Assembly: GCA_965219085.1 (NCBI GenBank) | Contig: OZ244720.1 | Span: forward strand, 2,752,001-2,816,000 | Direction of reading: 5' to 3' | Source: Dehalococcoidia bacterium | GTDB lineage: Bacteria; Chloroflexota; Dehalococcoidia; UBA2979 | DNA length: 64,000 nt | Shown here: piece after piece, positions 1 to 9,621 of the stretch | Numbering within the stretch: position 1 is the first letter of the stretch | How the letters are laid out: each line of letters begins with the position of its first letter | Position numbers and translations under genes: made by a program | The notes under the pieces: model-generated | Databases searched by the model: none | The model's input: the letters and a program-made list of their open reading frames with translations, nothing else | Told to the model about the DNA's origin: nothing

Positions 1-22
1 TGGTGATGTAGCGGTAGTCCAT
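1..22 (-). CDS. 5' end of a gene running off the window (MDYRYIT...), possibly enoyl-CoA hydratase family
   Basis: AAGGAG RBS then ATG at 22 on the minus strand; only 7 codons visible. Confidence 0.4.
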
Positions 23-120
23 GGGTCTCCTTTGCTGGCTGTATCCCGGTCAGAGGTTCGTAGCAGACTCACGCCCGCGCGGCACTCGACGCACCACGGG
101 AGCGCAAGGACCAGAACGGC

Positions 121-148
121 CAAGGGCCCCTCGTGAGAGGGGCCCTTG
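121..148. terminator. GC-rich hairpin downstream of the thiolase gene
   Basis: CAAGGGCCCCTC-GTGA-GAGGGGCCCTTG, perfect 12-bp stem. Confidence 0.7.
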
Positions 149-171
149 GGTAGTGAGCGCTGTGCCGTCGG

Positions 172-1497
172 CTAGTCGGCGCTGGACGCCCAGATCATGA
201 AGTCGCCCATCTGCGGCATCGGGCCGCCGGAGACGCCGACCTCGGGCTGTCCGCCCTTGAGGTGCACCTGGCGGTCACCGGCGCGGCCCTGGATCTGCAG
301 GATGCTGTCGGTGTGCATCCAGAAGCGCGTGCGCCCGGCGCCCACGTTGCCACCGCTGGGCGAGATCGGGGTCGGGCCCTCGATGCTGATGTCGCCCTGG
401 TAGAAGTCGAGCGCCTCGCCGCGCTTGATGCCGGCGAAGCCCAGGCCCTCCAGGTGGTAGTTGTGGAACGTCGCGAAGCCGTCGTACATGTTCTCGAAGT
501 CGAGGTCGGCGGCGTTCACTCCGGAGCCCGCGTACAGCTTGCGGGCGGTGGAGTCGGTCGCCTGCTCCGCGATGTCCAGCGTCGGGCGCGTGCCGAACCG
601 CGGCCGCGTCGTCGCGTGGTTCAGGATGTAGGCCGGCTTCTGCGCCATGTCCGCGGCCTTCTCGGCCGACGCGAACACGTACGCGACCGCGACGTGGATC
701 GGCATGTCGTGGTCGAACAGGTTCAGCGGCTCGACGATCCAGCGGGCGTTCAGGTAGTCCTCGACCGTCACCTCATCGGGGCGGTGCTGAGCGAAGAAGC
801 CCTCCGGGAACAAGAGCCCGTTGCGCTTCGAGTTCACGATGAACTGGGCCATCTTGTCGTGGCTCTGGTTGTACTTATGCATGTACTCGGTGAACTGGAA
901 GCCGTCGTTCGTGCCGGCGCTGGTGCCCCACGGGTTCGTCCACACGCCGGGGCCCTCGACGGTGTTCTGCGCGTTGCGCCCGCCCTGGTAGTAGCGGCCG
1001 GGGAAGTTGTGCCATGCCTTCACGACGAGGCATACGGAGGTCAGTCCGCGACCCACCGCTTCAGCGGCGACGCAGATCGAGTTCGACATGCACACGGGGC
1101 CGTTCATCTTGAACGTGAGGTTCGTCAGCTCCGGCATGTTGTTGACGATCCAGTCCCCGCTCAGCGAGGCGACCCCGTCCATGGGGTTCTCGCCGGGCTC
1201 GAACTGCGAGAGCACGTCCTCGGGCAGCGGGTCGCCCTCGGGCCACCACGCGCCGGTCGTCGTCGAGGGGTCGAGGACGAGGCCGTCGACCTGGTCCGGC
1301 GTGATGCCGGCGTCCTCGATGGCGTTGCGGATCGCGAGGAGCATCCACGCGCCGATGCTGGTCTCGGCCTGGCCGTCCCAGCGGCGTGCGGTGGGGGAGT
1401 GGCCGATGCCGACCGCGGCGACCTTGCCGCGGTGCTCCCAGAGGCCGCCCCCTTCCTGCGTGCGGTAGAAATCAGCAGGTGCGTTTTCGGTTGGCAT
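172..1497 (-). CDS. Thiolase-like (SCP-x / lipid-transfer type) protein
   Basis: VAAVGIG, YDGF and SPSGGNVGAGR motifs, QIQGRAGDRQV C-terminus; ATG at 1497 after GAAAGGGAAA. Confidence 0.8.
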   Translation of the reverse strand: MPTENAPADFYRTQEGGGLWEHRGKVAAVGIGHSPTARRWDGQAETSIGAWMLLAIRNAIEDAGITPDQVDGLVLDPSTTTGAWWPEGDPLPEDVLSQFEPGENPMDGVASLSGDWIVNNMPELTNLTFKMNGPVCMSNSICVAAEAVGRGLTSVCLVVKAWHNFPGRYYQGGRNAQNTVEGPGVWTNPWGTSAGTNDGFQFTEYMHKYNQSHDKMAQFIVNSKRNGLLFPEGFFAQHRPDEVTVEDYLNARWIVEPLNLFDHDMPIHVAVAYVFASAEKAADMAQKPAYILNHATTRPRFGTRPTLDIAEQATDSTARKLYAGSGVNAADLDFENMYDGFATFHNYHLEGLGFAGIKRGEALDFYQGDISIEGPTPISPSGGNVGAGRTRFWMHTDSILQIQGRAGDRQVHLKGGQPEVGVSGGPMPQMGDFMIWASSAD

Positions 1498-1654
1498 GCG
1501 TTTCCCTTTCCCGGTGCGCGGTCTCCGGATGATCTTATCTGCCTGCGCCGGACGGGTCACGCCGCCGGCTGCGCTCCGATTCTAGCGCGTACATCGAGCG
1601 TTGTGGCGCATCGGCGCCCCGAGGGGGCTGCCGATGCGCCATAACGCAGTGGCT

Positions 1655-2767
1655 CTACACGACGACCGGCGAGCCGGCCATGCGCTCCATGGTGTCCTGG
1701 GCTTCCTCCATGAGGTCGAAGATGACCTGCCGGGCGGGCTTGATGCCCTTGATGTGACCAACACCCTGGCCGGCCGCGGGCCCGCTCCAGTCCTCGAGGT
1801 GGGCCTCGTCGATGGACTGCTTGATCTTCGCCACCAGCATCGGCTGGAGCGGCATCGGCAGCGGGTCCGGCGCCTCGGGCGAGTCCCACGCCTCGGTCCA
1901 CTTGGACCGCACCTGCCGCACCGGCTTGCCCGAGGTCGCGCGCGACTGCACGGCGTCCTCGATCACGGCGTCGACGAGCTTCTGCTTGGCGTACATCTCG
2001 GTCTCGGACTCGTTGGTCGCCTGCCAGATGGTGCCGCACCAGATGCCGTCGGCGCCGAGGGCGATCGCGGCCGCGATGTGGCGGCCGGTGGTCACGCCGC
2101 CGGCGGCGAGCACGATGCTCTCCGGGCGGATCTCGTCGCGCGCCTTCGTCACCTCGGGCACGAGCGAGAAGGTGCCGATGCGGCCACTGTGGCCGCCGGA
2201 GTCGCCGCCCTGGGCGATGATCGTGTCAACGCCGGCCTCGAGCTCACGCACGGCCTGGCGGCGCAAGCCGATCAGGCCCCACGCCTGCGTCCCGGCGTCG
2301 TGCAGCCGGTCCATGATGAACGCCGGGCTGCCGAGCCCGGAGGCGAAGATCGGGACCTTGTGCTCGAGGATGACCTCGAGCTGCTTCTGGGCGCGATCGA
2401 AGAGACCGGGGTCGATGGTTCCGGTCGGCTCGTTCTTGGGCTCGGGCATCTCGTTGTCGCGCATCAGCCCGTCGACGAAGTCGCGGTGCTCCTGCGGGAT
2501 CATGGCCTCGAGGTCCTCGAGGTTGCCCTGCACGAACGAGGCCGGGATGATCAGGTCGATGCCGAACGGCTTGTCGCCGACGCGCTCCTTGATCCAGCGG
2601 ATGTCGCTGTCGAGCTCATCGGGTGTGGAACTGGTGGCGCCGAGCACCCCGATGGCGCCGGCGTTACTGGCGGCGGCGATCACGTCTTTCGTGTGTGCGA
2701 AAGCGACAATCGGGAACTCGGCCCCGTACTCCTCGCACAGTCGCGTGCGCAGCGGATCTCCGGCCAT
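1655..2767 (-). CDS. Nitronate monooxygenase / FabK-like FMN enzyme
   Basis: AQGGDSGGHSG, LAAGGV, ALGADGIWCGT, PAAGQGVG motifs. Confidence 0.9.
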   Translation of the reverse strand: MAGDPLRTRLCEEYGAEFPIVAFAHTKDVIAAASNAGAIGVLGATSSTPDELDSDIRWIKERVGDKPFGIDLIIPASFVQGNLEDLEAMIPQEHRDFVDGLMRDNEMPEPKNEPTGTIDPGLFDRAQKQLEVILEHKVPIFASGLGSPAFIMDRLHDAGTQAWGLIGLRRQAVRELEAGVDTIIAQGGDSGGHSGRIGTFSLVPEVTKARDEIRPESIVLAAGGVTTGRHIAAAIALGADGIWCGTIWQATNESETEMYAKQKLVDAVIEDAVQSRATSGKPVRQVRSKWTEAWDSPEAPDPLPMPLQPMLVAKIKQSIDEAHLEDWSGPAAGQGVGHIKGIKPARQVIFDLMEEAQDTMERMAGSPVVV

Positions 2768-2964
2768 GGTTCACCTCCCGTGGTGGTACCGGGACGGCGA
2801 GCCCTCCGGCGCGCCGCGCACCGGGCATTGCGCGCCCTCGTCCGGTTGACCGGGCGCGCTCTATCACAACGCAATATACACGCGGTGGGGAGAGATGCGG
2901 AGAATCCTGTTCGCGAACCGCGGCTCCGGGCTCGGCTCGTTGCGTGCCGGGGCACCAACGCTAG

Positions 2965-3293
2965 CAGGGTGCTGAAAAAGGCGCGGCCATCTGGCAGGAT
3001 AGCGAAGGCGGCGGGGGCGTAGCCTGGGAGGCAGCCCCGTGCGAGGCGACGCTGAGCGTCAGACCAACATGTTGCTGGCGGTGACGCCGGACTCCTTCAT
3101 CCCGGACGACCACCCGATCCGCCGCATCAAGCCGATCGTCGATGCAGCGCTACAGCGGCTCTCGCCGCTCTTCGGCACGATGTACGCAACGAGCGGGCGG
3201 CCCTCGATCCCGCCCGAGCACCTGCTCAAGGCGAGCCTGCTGATCGCGCTCTACTCGATCCGCAGCGAGCGCCAGTTCTGCGAGCGGCTGCGC
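2965..3293 (+). mobile_element. Truncated IS5-family (DUF772-type) element: left end plus first ~85 codons of the transposase
   Basis: CTAG followed by CAGGGTGCTGAAAAAG (2965-2980); ORF from 3039 reads IPDDHPIRRIK...GRPSIPPEHLLKASLLIALYSIRSERQFCERL, then similarity stops; no DDE domain or right end. Confidence 0.85.
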
Positions 3294-3387
3294 TCTTCGC
3301 AGCGGAGTGTAACGCGCCGCAGGGCCAAGGCGCGTTCAATCGATGCGCTACCATCCCCCCGTCCCGACCTCGAGGGAGGAGCAGCGC

Positions 3388-4209
3388 GTGGCGAGCATTG
3401 GCAGGCGGGTCCTGGGCAGTACCGGCATCGAGGTGGCCGAGCTGGGGCTCGGGGCCATGGACACGCCCACCTCGCAGGAAGGCCCCGCCACCTTCAAGGC
3501 CGCCCTCGACCTCGGCATCGACTTCGTCGACACCGCGCGCGAGTACTCGGGCAGTGAGTTCCTCATCGGCGAGGAGGTCCGCGCGCGCGGCAGCAAGGAC
3601 TTCGTCGTCGCTTCCAAGACCTTCAGCCACAACATCAACGGCAGTCAGCGCGACGTCGACCGCTCGATGGCGATGCTCGGCGTCGACCGCATCGACGTGT
3701 ACCAGCTCCACGACATCTCGACGCAGGCGGCGTGGGACGAGGTGATGGGCGAGGACGGCGCGCTCGAGGGGCTCCAGATCGCTCAGTACCGCGAGCTCAT
3801 CGGCCACATCGGCATCTCGACGCACAGCCTCGACGTGGCCCGGCTCGCCATCGAGAGCGGGGCGTTCGAGACGATCATGCTCGAGTACTCGGCGTTCTAC
3901 ACCGAGACCGCGCCGCTCATCGACCTCGCCGCCGAGCGCAACGTCGCGGTGATCGTGATGCGGCCGCTCGGCGGATCGGGGCGCACGAGCGCGATGCGCA
4001 CGCGCATCGGCGACGGCTACGACGGGCCGCTGACGGCGCCGAACCTGCTCCGCTACGTGCTCTCGAATCCCGCCGTCTCGGTCGCCATCCCCGGCGCGCG
4101 CTTCCCCTCGCGCATCGAGGAAAACGTAGCGGCCGCGCGCGCCTTCGAGCCGATGGATGCAGCCGAGAGGCGAGAACTCGAGGAGGAGGCGGCGCGCTAC
4201 TACTACTAG
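3388..4209 (+). CDS. Aldo/keto reductase
   Basis: LGLGAM, GIDFVDTAREY, IDVYQLHD, IGISTH, MRPLGG motifs; GGAGGAG RBS before GTG 3388. Confidence 0.9.
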   Translation: MASIGRRVLGSTGIEVAELGLGAMDTPTSQEGPATFKAALDLGIDFVDTAREYSGSEFLIGEEVRARGSKDFVVASKTFSHNINGSQRDVDRSMAMLGVDRIDVYQLHDISTQAAWDEVMGEDGALEGLQIAQYRELIGHIGISTHSLDVARLAIESGAFETIMLEYSAFYTETAPLIDLAAERNVAVIVMRPLGGSGRTSAMRTRIGDGYDGPLTAPNLLRYVLSNPAVSVAIPGARFPSRIEENVAAARAFEPMDAAERRELEEEAARYYY

Positions 4210-4262
4210 CGCGTCCACATTCGTCTGCCCTTAGTTGAGGTGTATCATCCAAGACCCGGGGG

Positions 4263-4739
4263 GTGTTGTGGATGGCCGACTCAACCCTTGACCTAGCCTA
4301 TGAAGCCGTTATGGCGTCCTACGACCATGTCATGGATAGGTTGAATGCGCTGAATGCACAGATGGACCAGTGGGTCTTCATCTCCCTGTCCATCGTGCCT
4401 CTCGTCCCCTTAACCATCATGGCCTCGGATCGCCCGGCGAGTTTGGGATGTCCTCTCGTCATAGCTGGGATTGGCTTGGTGCTTTCCAGCAGCGCGTACT
4501 GTTCTGCGCGCCTCCGAGGACGGGCCATCCCCATCTCGCCCACTAGTCTAACGAATGAGTGGCTCCAGATGGATCCCGATGACTTCCAGCGGGAGATGAT
4601 CCATTGGAGAGCTAACCACTTCGAGCGCTTGATGACAGCTGTCGACTGGAAGCGGAATACGACCTACGTCATGTTCGGAGGACTAGCGATCGAGATCCTT
4701 GGACTCTCGGTCTGGGCGTTCCAGCAGGTCGGCGGTTAG
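4263..4739 (+). CDS. Hypothetical 3-TM membrane protein, lower GC
   Basis: Helix-TM-TM-loop-helix-TM layout; atypical codons; TATCAT -10 upstream; the ATG a few codons in may be the true start. Confidence 0.65.
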   Translation: MLWMADSTLDLAYEAVMASYDHVMDRLNALNAQMDQWVFISLSIVPLVPLTIMASDRPASLGCPLVIAGIGLVLSSSAYCSARLRGRAIPISPTSLTNEWLQMDPDDFQREMIHWRANHFERLMTAVDWKRNTTYVMFGGLAIEILGLSVWAFQQVGG

Positions 4740-4954
4740 CCTCTCTCTGGCTCACGGGGCGGGGGACGTTGGGGCTCAGGAGCTTCTCGAACTGGCTCAT
4801 CACCAAACTCACGGCGGCCCGGATCTGGGTCTGATTTCGTCCAAGGCTCACCGCCTCCAGGACGTCCGGGGTCACTCGTCGTGGGTCTGGGGTTCGTCAT
4901 TCGTCCCTTCCTCGTTGGGAGCAGGTTTCAGCGTAACATGACCTTCTTACTGAC

Positions 4955-5185
4955 GTGACCCTATATCGCCGCGAGCACGATGAGAGTGAGCGCAAGACCG
5001 TGCCAGTGCTCCTAGAGCTTCCATCACCGACGCCGACCTTCGATGGCAGCGGCAGCATCGACCACATCGCCCTGAGTGACGATCTGGCGTCCGAGTCCAT
5101 GGAGGCGATCAGCAACGTCCACGAAGGACATCGACTGTCCGATCACTTCGGAGTTGCTGCCAGCCTGTCTGCCACATCGGCATGA
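4955..5185 (+). pseudogene. C-terminal remnant of an endonuclease/exonuclease/phosphatase (EEP) gene
   Basis: IDHIA...SDHFGV, the two last EEP catalytic motifs, with no N-terminal part. Confidence 0.55.
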
Positions 5186-5195
5186 ATCGAGCGCG

Positions 5196-5846
5196 ATGAC
5201 CAACTCGCACGGCCCGTTCCCGGCCCACTTCTTCCGCCGCGCCGACGAGTCCGACGACGCGGTCTTCTACCAGCCGCCGCGCTTCGTCAACCACATCGAC
5301 CGCGCCACCATCAACGCCCTCACCGATTTCTACCGCGAGGCGATCCCGGCCGGCGCGCGCGTGCTCGACCTGATGTCGTCGTGGGTTTCGCACCTCCCGG
5401 GCGACGTCGAGTACGCGCGCGTGGCGGGGCTCGGCATGAACGAGGCGGAGTTGGCCGACAATCCGCGACTCGACGACCACGCGGTGCACAACCTCAACCG
5501 CACGCCCGAGCTGCCGTACGGCGACGGGGAATTCGACGCGGTCCTGAACGCGGTGTCGATCCAGTACCTCACGCGGCCGCTCGACGTGTTCGCGTCGGTG
5601 CGGCGGGTACTGCGGCCGGGCGGCCTCCACGCCATCGCGATCTCGCACCGCATGTTCCCACAGAAGGCGGTCGCGGTCTGGCAGGCGCTGACCCCGGCCG
5701 ACCGCGTGACCCTCGTCGGCTCGTACTTCGCGCTGACGCCGGGGTGGGGCGAGCCGATCGTGGTCGACCGCTCACCGCCGGACGCCGACCCGCTGTGGAT
5801 CGTCGTCGCGCGGACGGTCGAGATCAGCGACGAGGCGGGCGAGTAG
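5196..5846 (+). CDS. Class I SAM-dependent methyltransferase (type 11)
   Basis: DESDDAVFYQPPRFVNHID, VLDLMSSWVSH, VSIQYL, RVLRPGG. Confidence 0.9.
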   Translation: MTNSHGPFPAHFFRRADESDDAVFYQPPRFVNHIDRATINALTDFYREAIPAGARVLDLMSSWVSHLPGDVEYARVAGLGMNEAELADNPRLDDHAVHNLNRTPELPYGDGEFDAVLNAVSIQYLTRPLDVFASVRRVLRPGGLHAIAISHRMFPQKAVAVWQALTPADRVTLVGSYFALTPGWGEPIVVDRSPPDADPLWIVVARTVEISDEAGE

Positions 5847-5912
5847 CGCGCACGTTGCCGCGTCGGGCGAGCCGGTGCACGATCCCCGCGGCACGCACGG
5901 CGCTTGAGAGGG

Positions 5913-5996
5913 CTGCGGGGTATCCCCGCGTACGAAGATACTGCGGGGTATCCCCGCGTACGAAGATACTGCGGGGTATCCCCGCGTACGGAGACG
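5913..5996. repeat. Tandem 28-bp repeat x3 with internal palindrome
   Basis: CTGCGGGGTATCCCCGCGTACGAAGATA at 5913, 5941 and 5969 (third copy diverges at its end). Confidence 0.95.
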
Positions 5997-6003
5997 CATA
6001 GGC

Positions 6004-7641
6004 ATGAACGGCATCGAGGCGATCGCGCGCATCCTCAAGATCGAGAGCGTCGAGTGGCTGGCCTGCTACCCCAGCAACCCGCTCATCGAGGCGGCTGCGC
6101 GGGAGGGCATCCGCCCCATCGCGTTCCGCCACGAGCGCGGCGCGATCATGGCCGCCGACGGCTACAGCCGCACCAGCGACCGTCAGCGCTTCGGCGTCGT
6201 CGCCGTACAGTCGCAGGCGGGCGCGGAGAACTCGCTCGGTGGTATCGCGCAGGCGTTCGCCGACAACGTGCCGATCCTCGTGCTGCCGGGCGGCGTGAAC
6301 CTCAACCAGATCGCAGTGCGGCCGAACTTCTCGGCCGTGCAGAACTACGGCAGCGTCGCGCGACGCGTCGAGGCGATCTACACGCCGGAGCAGATCCCGG
6401 CGGTCATGCGGCGGGCGTTCCACGCGCTGCGCAACGGCCCGCCGGGCCCCGTCGTGGTCGAACTGACCGCCGACGTGATGTCGCGCGAGGCGCCCGAGTC
6501 GGCGCTCGACTACACGCCGCCGGCGCTCGTGCGCCAGGCGCCGGAGCCCGATGCCGTGCGCGCGGCGGTCTCGCTGCTGCTCGACGCCGAACGGCCGTTG
6601 ATCTGGTCGGGCGGGGGCGTGCTCTTCGCCCGCGCGACGGCGCAACTGCGCGCGCTGGCCGAACTCCTCGACGCACCCGTGTTCACGACGATGCCCGGCA
6701 AGTCGTCGTTCGACGAGCGCCACCCGCTCGCGGTCGGCGCGGGGGTGGGCACGACGACGCTCGCGGCGCATCGCCGCATCGGCGAGGCCGACGTGCTGCT
6801 CGCGCTCGGATCGAGCCTGACGCGCACCGGCTACGGGCAGTCGATCCGGCCCGGCACGCGCATCATCCACAACACCGCGAGCATCGAGGACGTGAACAAG
6901 GACGAGACCGCCGAGGTCGCCCTCCCCGGCGACGCCGCGCTCGTCATCGAAGCGCTGATCGAGGAGCTGCGCGAGCGCCTCGGCGACGACGTGCGCGAGG
7001 AAGGCGTCGCGGCCGGGATCGCTGCCGACCGCGACTCGTGGCTCGCCGAGTGGACGCCGCTGCTCGAGTCCGACGAGGTCCCGATCAACACCTACCGCGT
7101 GATCCACGAGATCGATCGCGTGCTCGACCGCGAGCGCAGCATCGTCACGCACGACGCGGGCGCGCCGCGCGACTCGATCGTGCCGTTCTTCACCGCGACG
7201 ACGCCGCACAGCTACGTCGGGTGGGGCAAGACGACGCACCTCGGGTTCAGCATCCCGTTGATGATCGGCGCGAAGCTCGCGCACCCCGACCGCTTCTGCC
7301 TCAACCTGATGGGCGACGGCGCGTTCGGCATGTCCGGCATGGACATCGAGACCTCGGCGCGCGCGGGCGTGCCGATCACCACGGTCGTGCTCAACAACGG
7401 CGGGATGGCCACCTACCCCGGCGGCTTCCCGACCGCGCGCGAGCAGTACGGCGTCTCGCACATGACCGGCAACTACGCGCAGATCGCCGAGGGCATGGGC
7501 GCCGTGGGCATCGAGGTTCTCGAACCCGGCGAGCTCGCGCCCGCGCTCGAACGGGCGCAGCAACTCAACGCCGAGGGGCGTACGGTGCTGATCGACGTGC
7601 ACTCGAACATGGAGGGGCGTCGCTCGCGTTTCGATCGCTGA
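6004..7641 (+). CDS. Thiamine-diphosphate-dependent enzyme (acetolactate synthase-like)
   Basis: RHERGAIMAADGYSR, GPPGPVVVE, GDGAFGM...LNN ThDP motif. Confidence 0.9.
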   Translation: MNGIEAIARILKIESVEWLACYPSNPLIEAAAREGIRPIAFRHERGAIMAADGYSRTSDRQRFGVVAVQSQAGAENSLGGIAQAFADNVPILVLPGGVNLNQIAVRPNFSAVQNYGSVARRVEAIYTPEQIPAVMRRAFHALRNGPPGPVVVELTADVMSREAPESALDYTPPALVRQAPEPDAVRAAVSLLLDAERPLIWSGGGVLFARATAQLRALAELLDAPVFTTMPGKSSFDERHPLAVGAGVGTTTLAAHRRIGEADVLLALGSSLTRTGYGQSIRPGTRIIHNTASIEDVNKDETAEVALPGDAALVIEALIEELRERLGDDVREEGVAAGIAADRDSWLAEWTPLLESDEVPINTYRVIHEIDRVLDRERSIVTHDAGAPRDSIVPFFTATTPHSYVGWGKTTHLGFSIPLMIGAKLAHPDRFCLNLMGDGAFGMSGMDIETSARAGVPITTVVLNNGGMATYPGGFPTAREQYGVSHMTGNYAQIAEGMGAVGIEVLEPGELAPALERAQQLNAEGRTVLIDVHSNMEGRRSRFDR

Positions 7642-7686
7642 TCGCAGGCGAAGGGATCCCGATCAGGGACACGGGAAGGGAACACG

Positions 7687-8475
7687 ATGCGTCCGAACAC
7701 GGTGAAGCGCGCGTGGCGCGCCGGTGAACGCACGATCGGCGCGTGGCTCGGGACGCCCTCGGCGCACGTCGCCGAGTCGATGGCGCACGCGGGCTTCGAC
7801 TGGCTGTGCATCGACATGCAGCACGGCGTGATCGACTACAACGACACCGTCAACATGCTGCGCGGCATCTCCACGACCGACACCATCCCGTTCGTACGCG
7901 TCCCCTGGAACGACCCACCGACGCTGATGAAGGTGCTCGACGCCGGAGCGTACGGCGTTGTGATCCCCCTCGTGAACAACCGCGAGGAGGCCGAGCGCGC
8001 CGTGTGGGCGTGCCGCTACCCACCGCAGGGCGGCCGCTCGTTCGGGCCTGCGCGCGCGACGATGTACGCGGGCGAGGGCTACGTCTCCGAGGCGAACGAC
8101 GAGATCGCGGTGATCTGCATGATCGAGACCGCCGAGGCGCTCGACAACCTCGACGACATCCTCAGCGTCGACGGGGTGGACTGCGCCTACATCGGCCCCT
8201 CGGACCTCGCGTACGCGATCGGCATGCAGCCGGCGGGCGACAACCCCGATCCGAGGCACCAGGCGACCGTGCTCGGCATCCTCGAGGCCTGCAAGCGCCA
8301 CGGCGTGGCGCCGGGCTGCCACACCGGCAGCGTCGAGTACACGACGAAGTGGCTCGACGCCGGATTCCAGATGGTCACGCTCGGGGCGGACGGCGCGTTC
8401 ATGCGCAGGGCGGCCGACGCAGACCTCGCCGCCGCGCGCGAGCAGACGGGCGTTCCGCCGCTGCGGGGGGACTAG
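7687..8475 (+). CDS. HpcH/HpaI aldolase family protein
   Basis: GFDWLCIDMQHG, LDAGAYG, RYPPQGGRS, MIET, IGPSDL. Confidence 0.92.
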   Translation: MRPNTVKRAWRAGERTIGAWLGTPSAHVAESMAHAGFDWLCIDMQHGVIDYNDTVNMLRGISTTDTIPFVRVPWNDPPTLMKVLDAGAYGVVIPLVNNREEAERAVWACRYPPQGGRSFGPARATMYAGEGYVSEANDEIAVICMIETAEALDNLDDILSVDGVDCAYIGPSDLAYAIGMQPAGDNPDPRHQATVLGILEACKRHGVAPGCHTGSVEYTTKWLDAGFQMVTLGADGAFMRRAADADLAAAREQTGVPPLRGD

Positions 8476-8477
8476 CC

Positions 8478-9560
8478 ATGCCGAACGTGGACGCCGCCGA
8501 GCTGACGAGCTATATCACGCGCATCTTCGAGTCGCTGGGCGCGCCCGCGGCGGATGCCGACAATGTCGCCTCGCACCTCGTCGACGCAAACCTGAAGGGG
8601 CACGACTCGCACGGTGTGATCCGCGCCTCGCAGTACGTCGCGCGCACGCAGGAGGGTCGCTACGTGCCGGGCACGACGCCCGTCATCGAGCAGGACACGG
8701 CCACCACGACCGTCGTGAACGGCAACTGGAACTACGGCCAGGTCGTGGGGCGCTTCACGATGGACGCCGCCATCACGAAGGCGCGCGACCAGGGCGTCTC
8801 GGTCGCTGTCGCGCACCGAGGCGGTCACGCGGGACGCATCGGCGCGTATGGCGAGCAGGCGGCCGCGGCAGGTATGATCGCCATCGCCTGCGTGAACCTG
8901 CACGGCGGCGGCCAGCTCGTCGCGCCGTTCGGCGGCGGGCGACGCCGCCTCGGCACGAACCCCATCGTCTTCGCCGCGCCCACACCGGACCCCGAGGCCC
9001 CGTTCGTGCTCGACATGGCGACCTCCGTCGGCGCCGAGGGCAAGGTGCGCGTCGCGCGCAACCGCGGCGCCGAGCTCGCGCCCGGCTGGATCCTCGACGG
9101 CGAGGGTCGCCCCTCGACGGACCCGCTCGACCTCTACGGCGGCGACCCGCCGGGATCGAGGCAGCCGGGCGCGCTGCTGCCCGTCGGCGGCCCGGTCGGC
9201 TACAAGGGCTTCGGCCTGTCGATGGCCGTCGAGTTCCTCGCTGGTGCGCTGCTCCCGACGGTGACGACGCGGCCCGACGACGAGGTGGGCGGCAACGCGA
9301 TCTTCATGACGGTGATCGACCCGGAGCACTTCGCCGGTCGAGGTCCGTTCGAGGAGAGCCTGTCGAACCTCATCGAGATGGTGAAGGAGCCGCCGTTCGC
9401 CGAGGGCTTCGACGGGGTGATGACGGCCGGAGAGCCGGAGCGCCGCCGCAAGGCGGAGCGCCTGGCGAACGGCATCGACATCGAGGACTCGACGTGGAAC
9501 CAGCTCATCGAGGCCGCGGCCTCGGCGGGCGTCGGCCCGTACGACGGGGCGATGCAGTAG
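8478..9560 (+). CDS. Ldh_2 family oxidoreductase (malate/L-lactate/sulfolactate dehydrogenase type)
   Basis: KGHDSHGV, HAGRIGAY, GTNPI, LDMATS, YKGFGL. Confidence 0.92.
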   Translation: MPNVDAAELTSYITRIFESLGAPAADADNVASHLVDANLKGHDSHGVIRASQYVARTQEGRYVPGTTPVIEQDTATTTVVNGNWNYGQVVGRFTMDAAITKARDQGVSVAVAHRGGHAGRIGAYGEQAAAAGMIAIACVNLHGGGQLVAPFGGGRRRLGTNPIVFAAPTPDPEAPFVLDMATSVGAEGKVRVARNRGAELAPGWILDGEGRPSTDPLDLYGGDPPGSRQPGALLPVGGPVGYKGFGLSMAVEFLAGALLPTVTTRPDDEVGGNAIFMTVIDPEHFAGRGPFEESLSNLIEMVKEPPFAEGFDGVMTAGEPERRRKAERLANGIDIEDSTWNQLIEAAASAGVGPYDGAMQ

Positions 9561-9621
9561 GCCCCCGTGGGCTCGACACACCAAACTCCCATGCTTCAGA
9601 TGCGAGGAGGAGGCGCCGCGC

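Noticed and set aside
5913-5996. CRISPR array (CCCCGC/GCGGGG resembles type I-E repeats)
   Set aside because: Units are head-to-tail with identical linkers; no unique spacers and no cas genes in the window.
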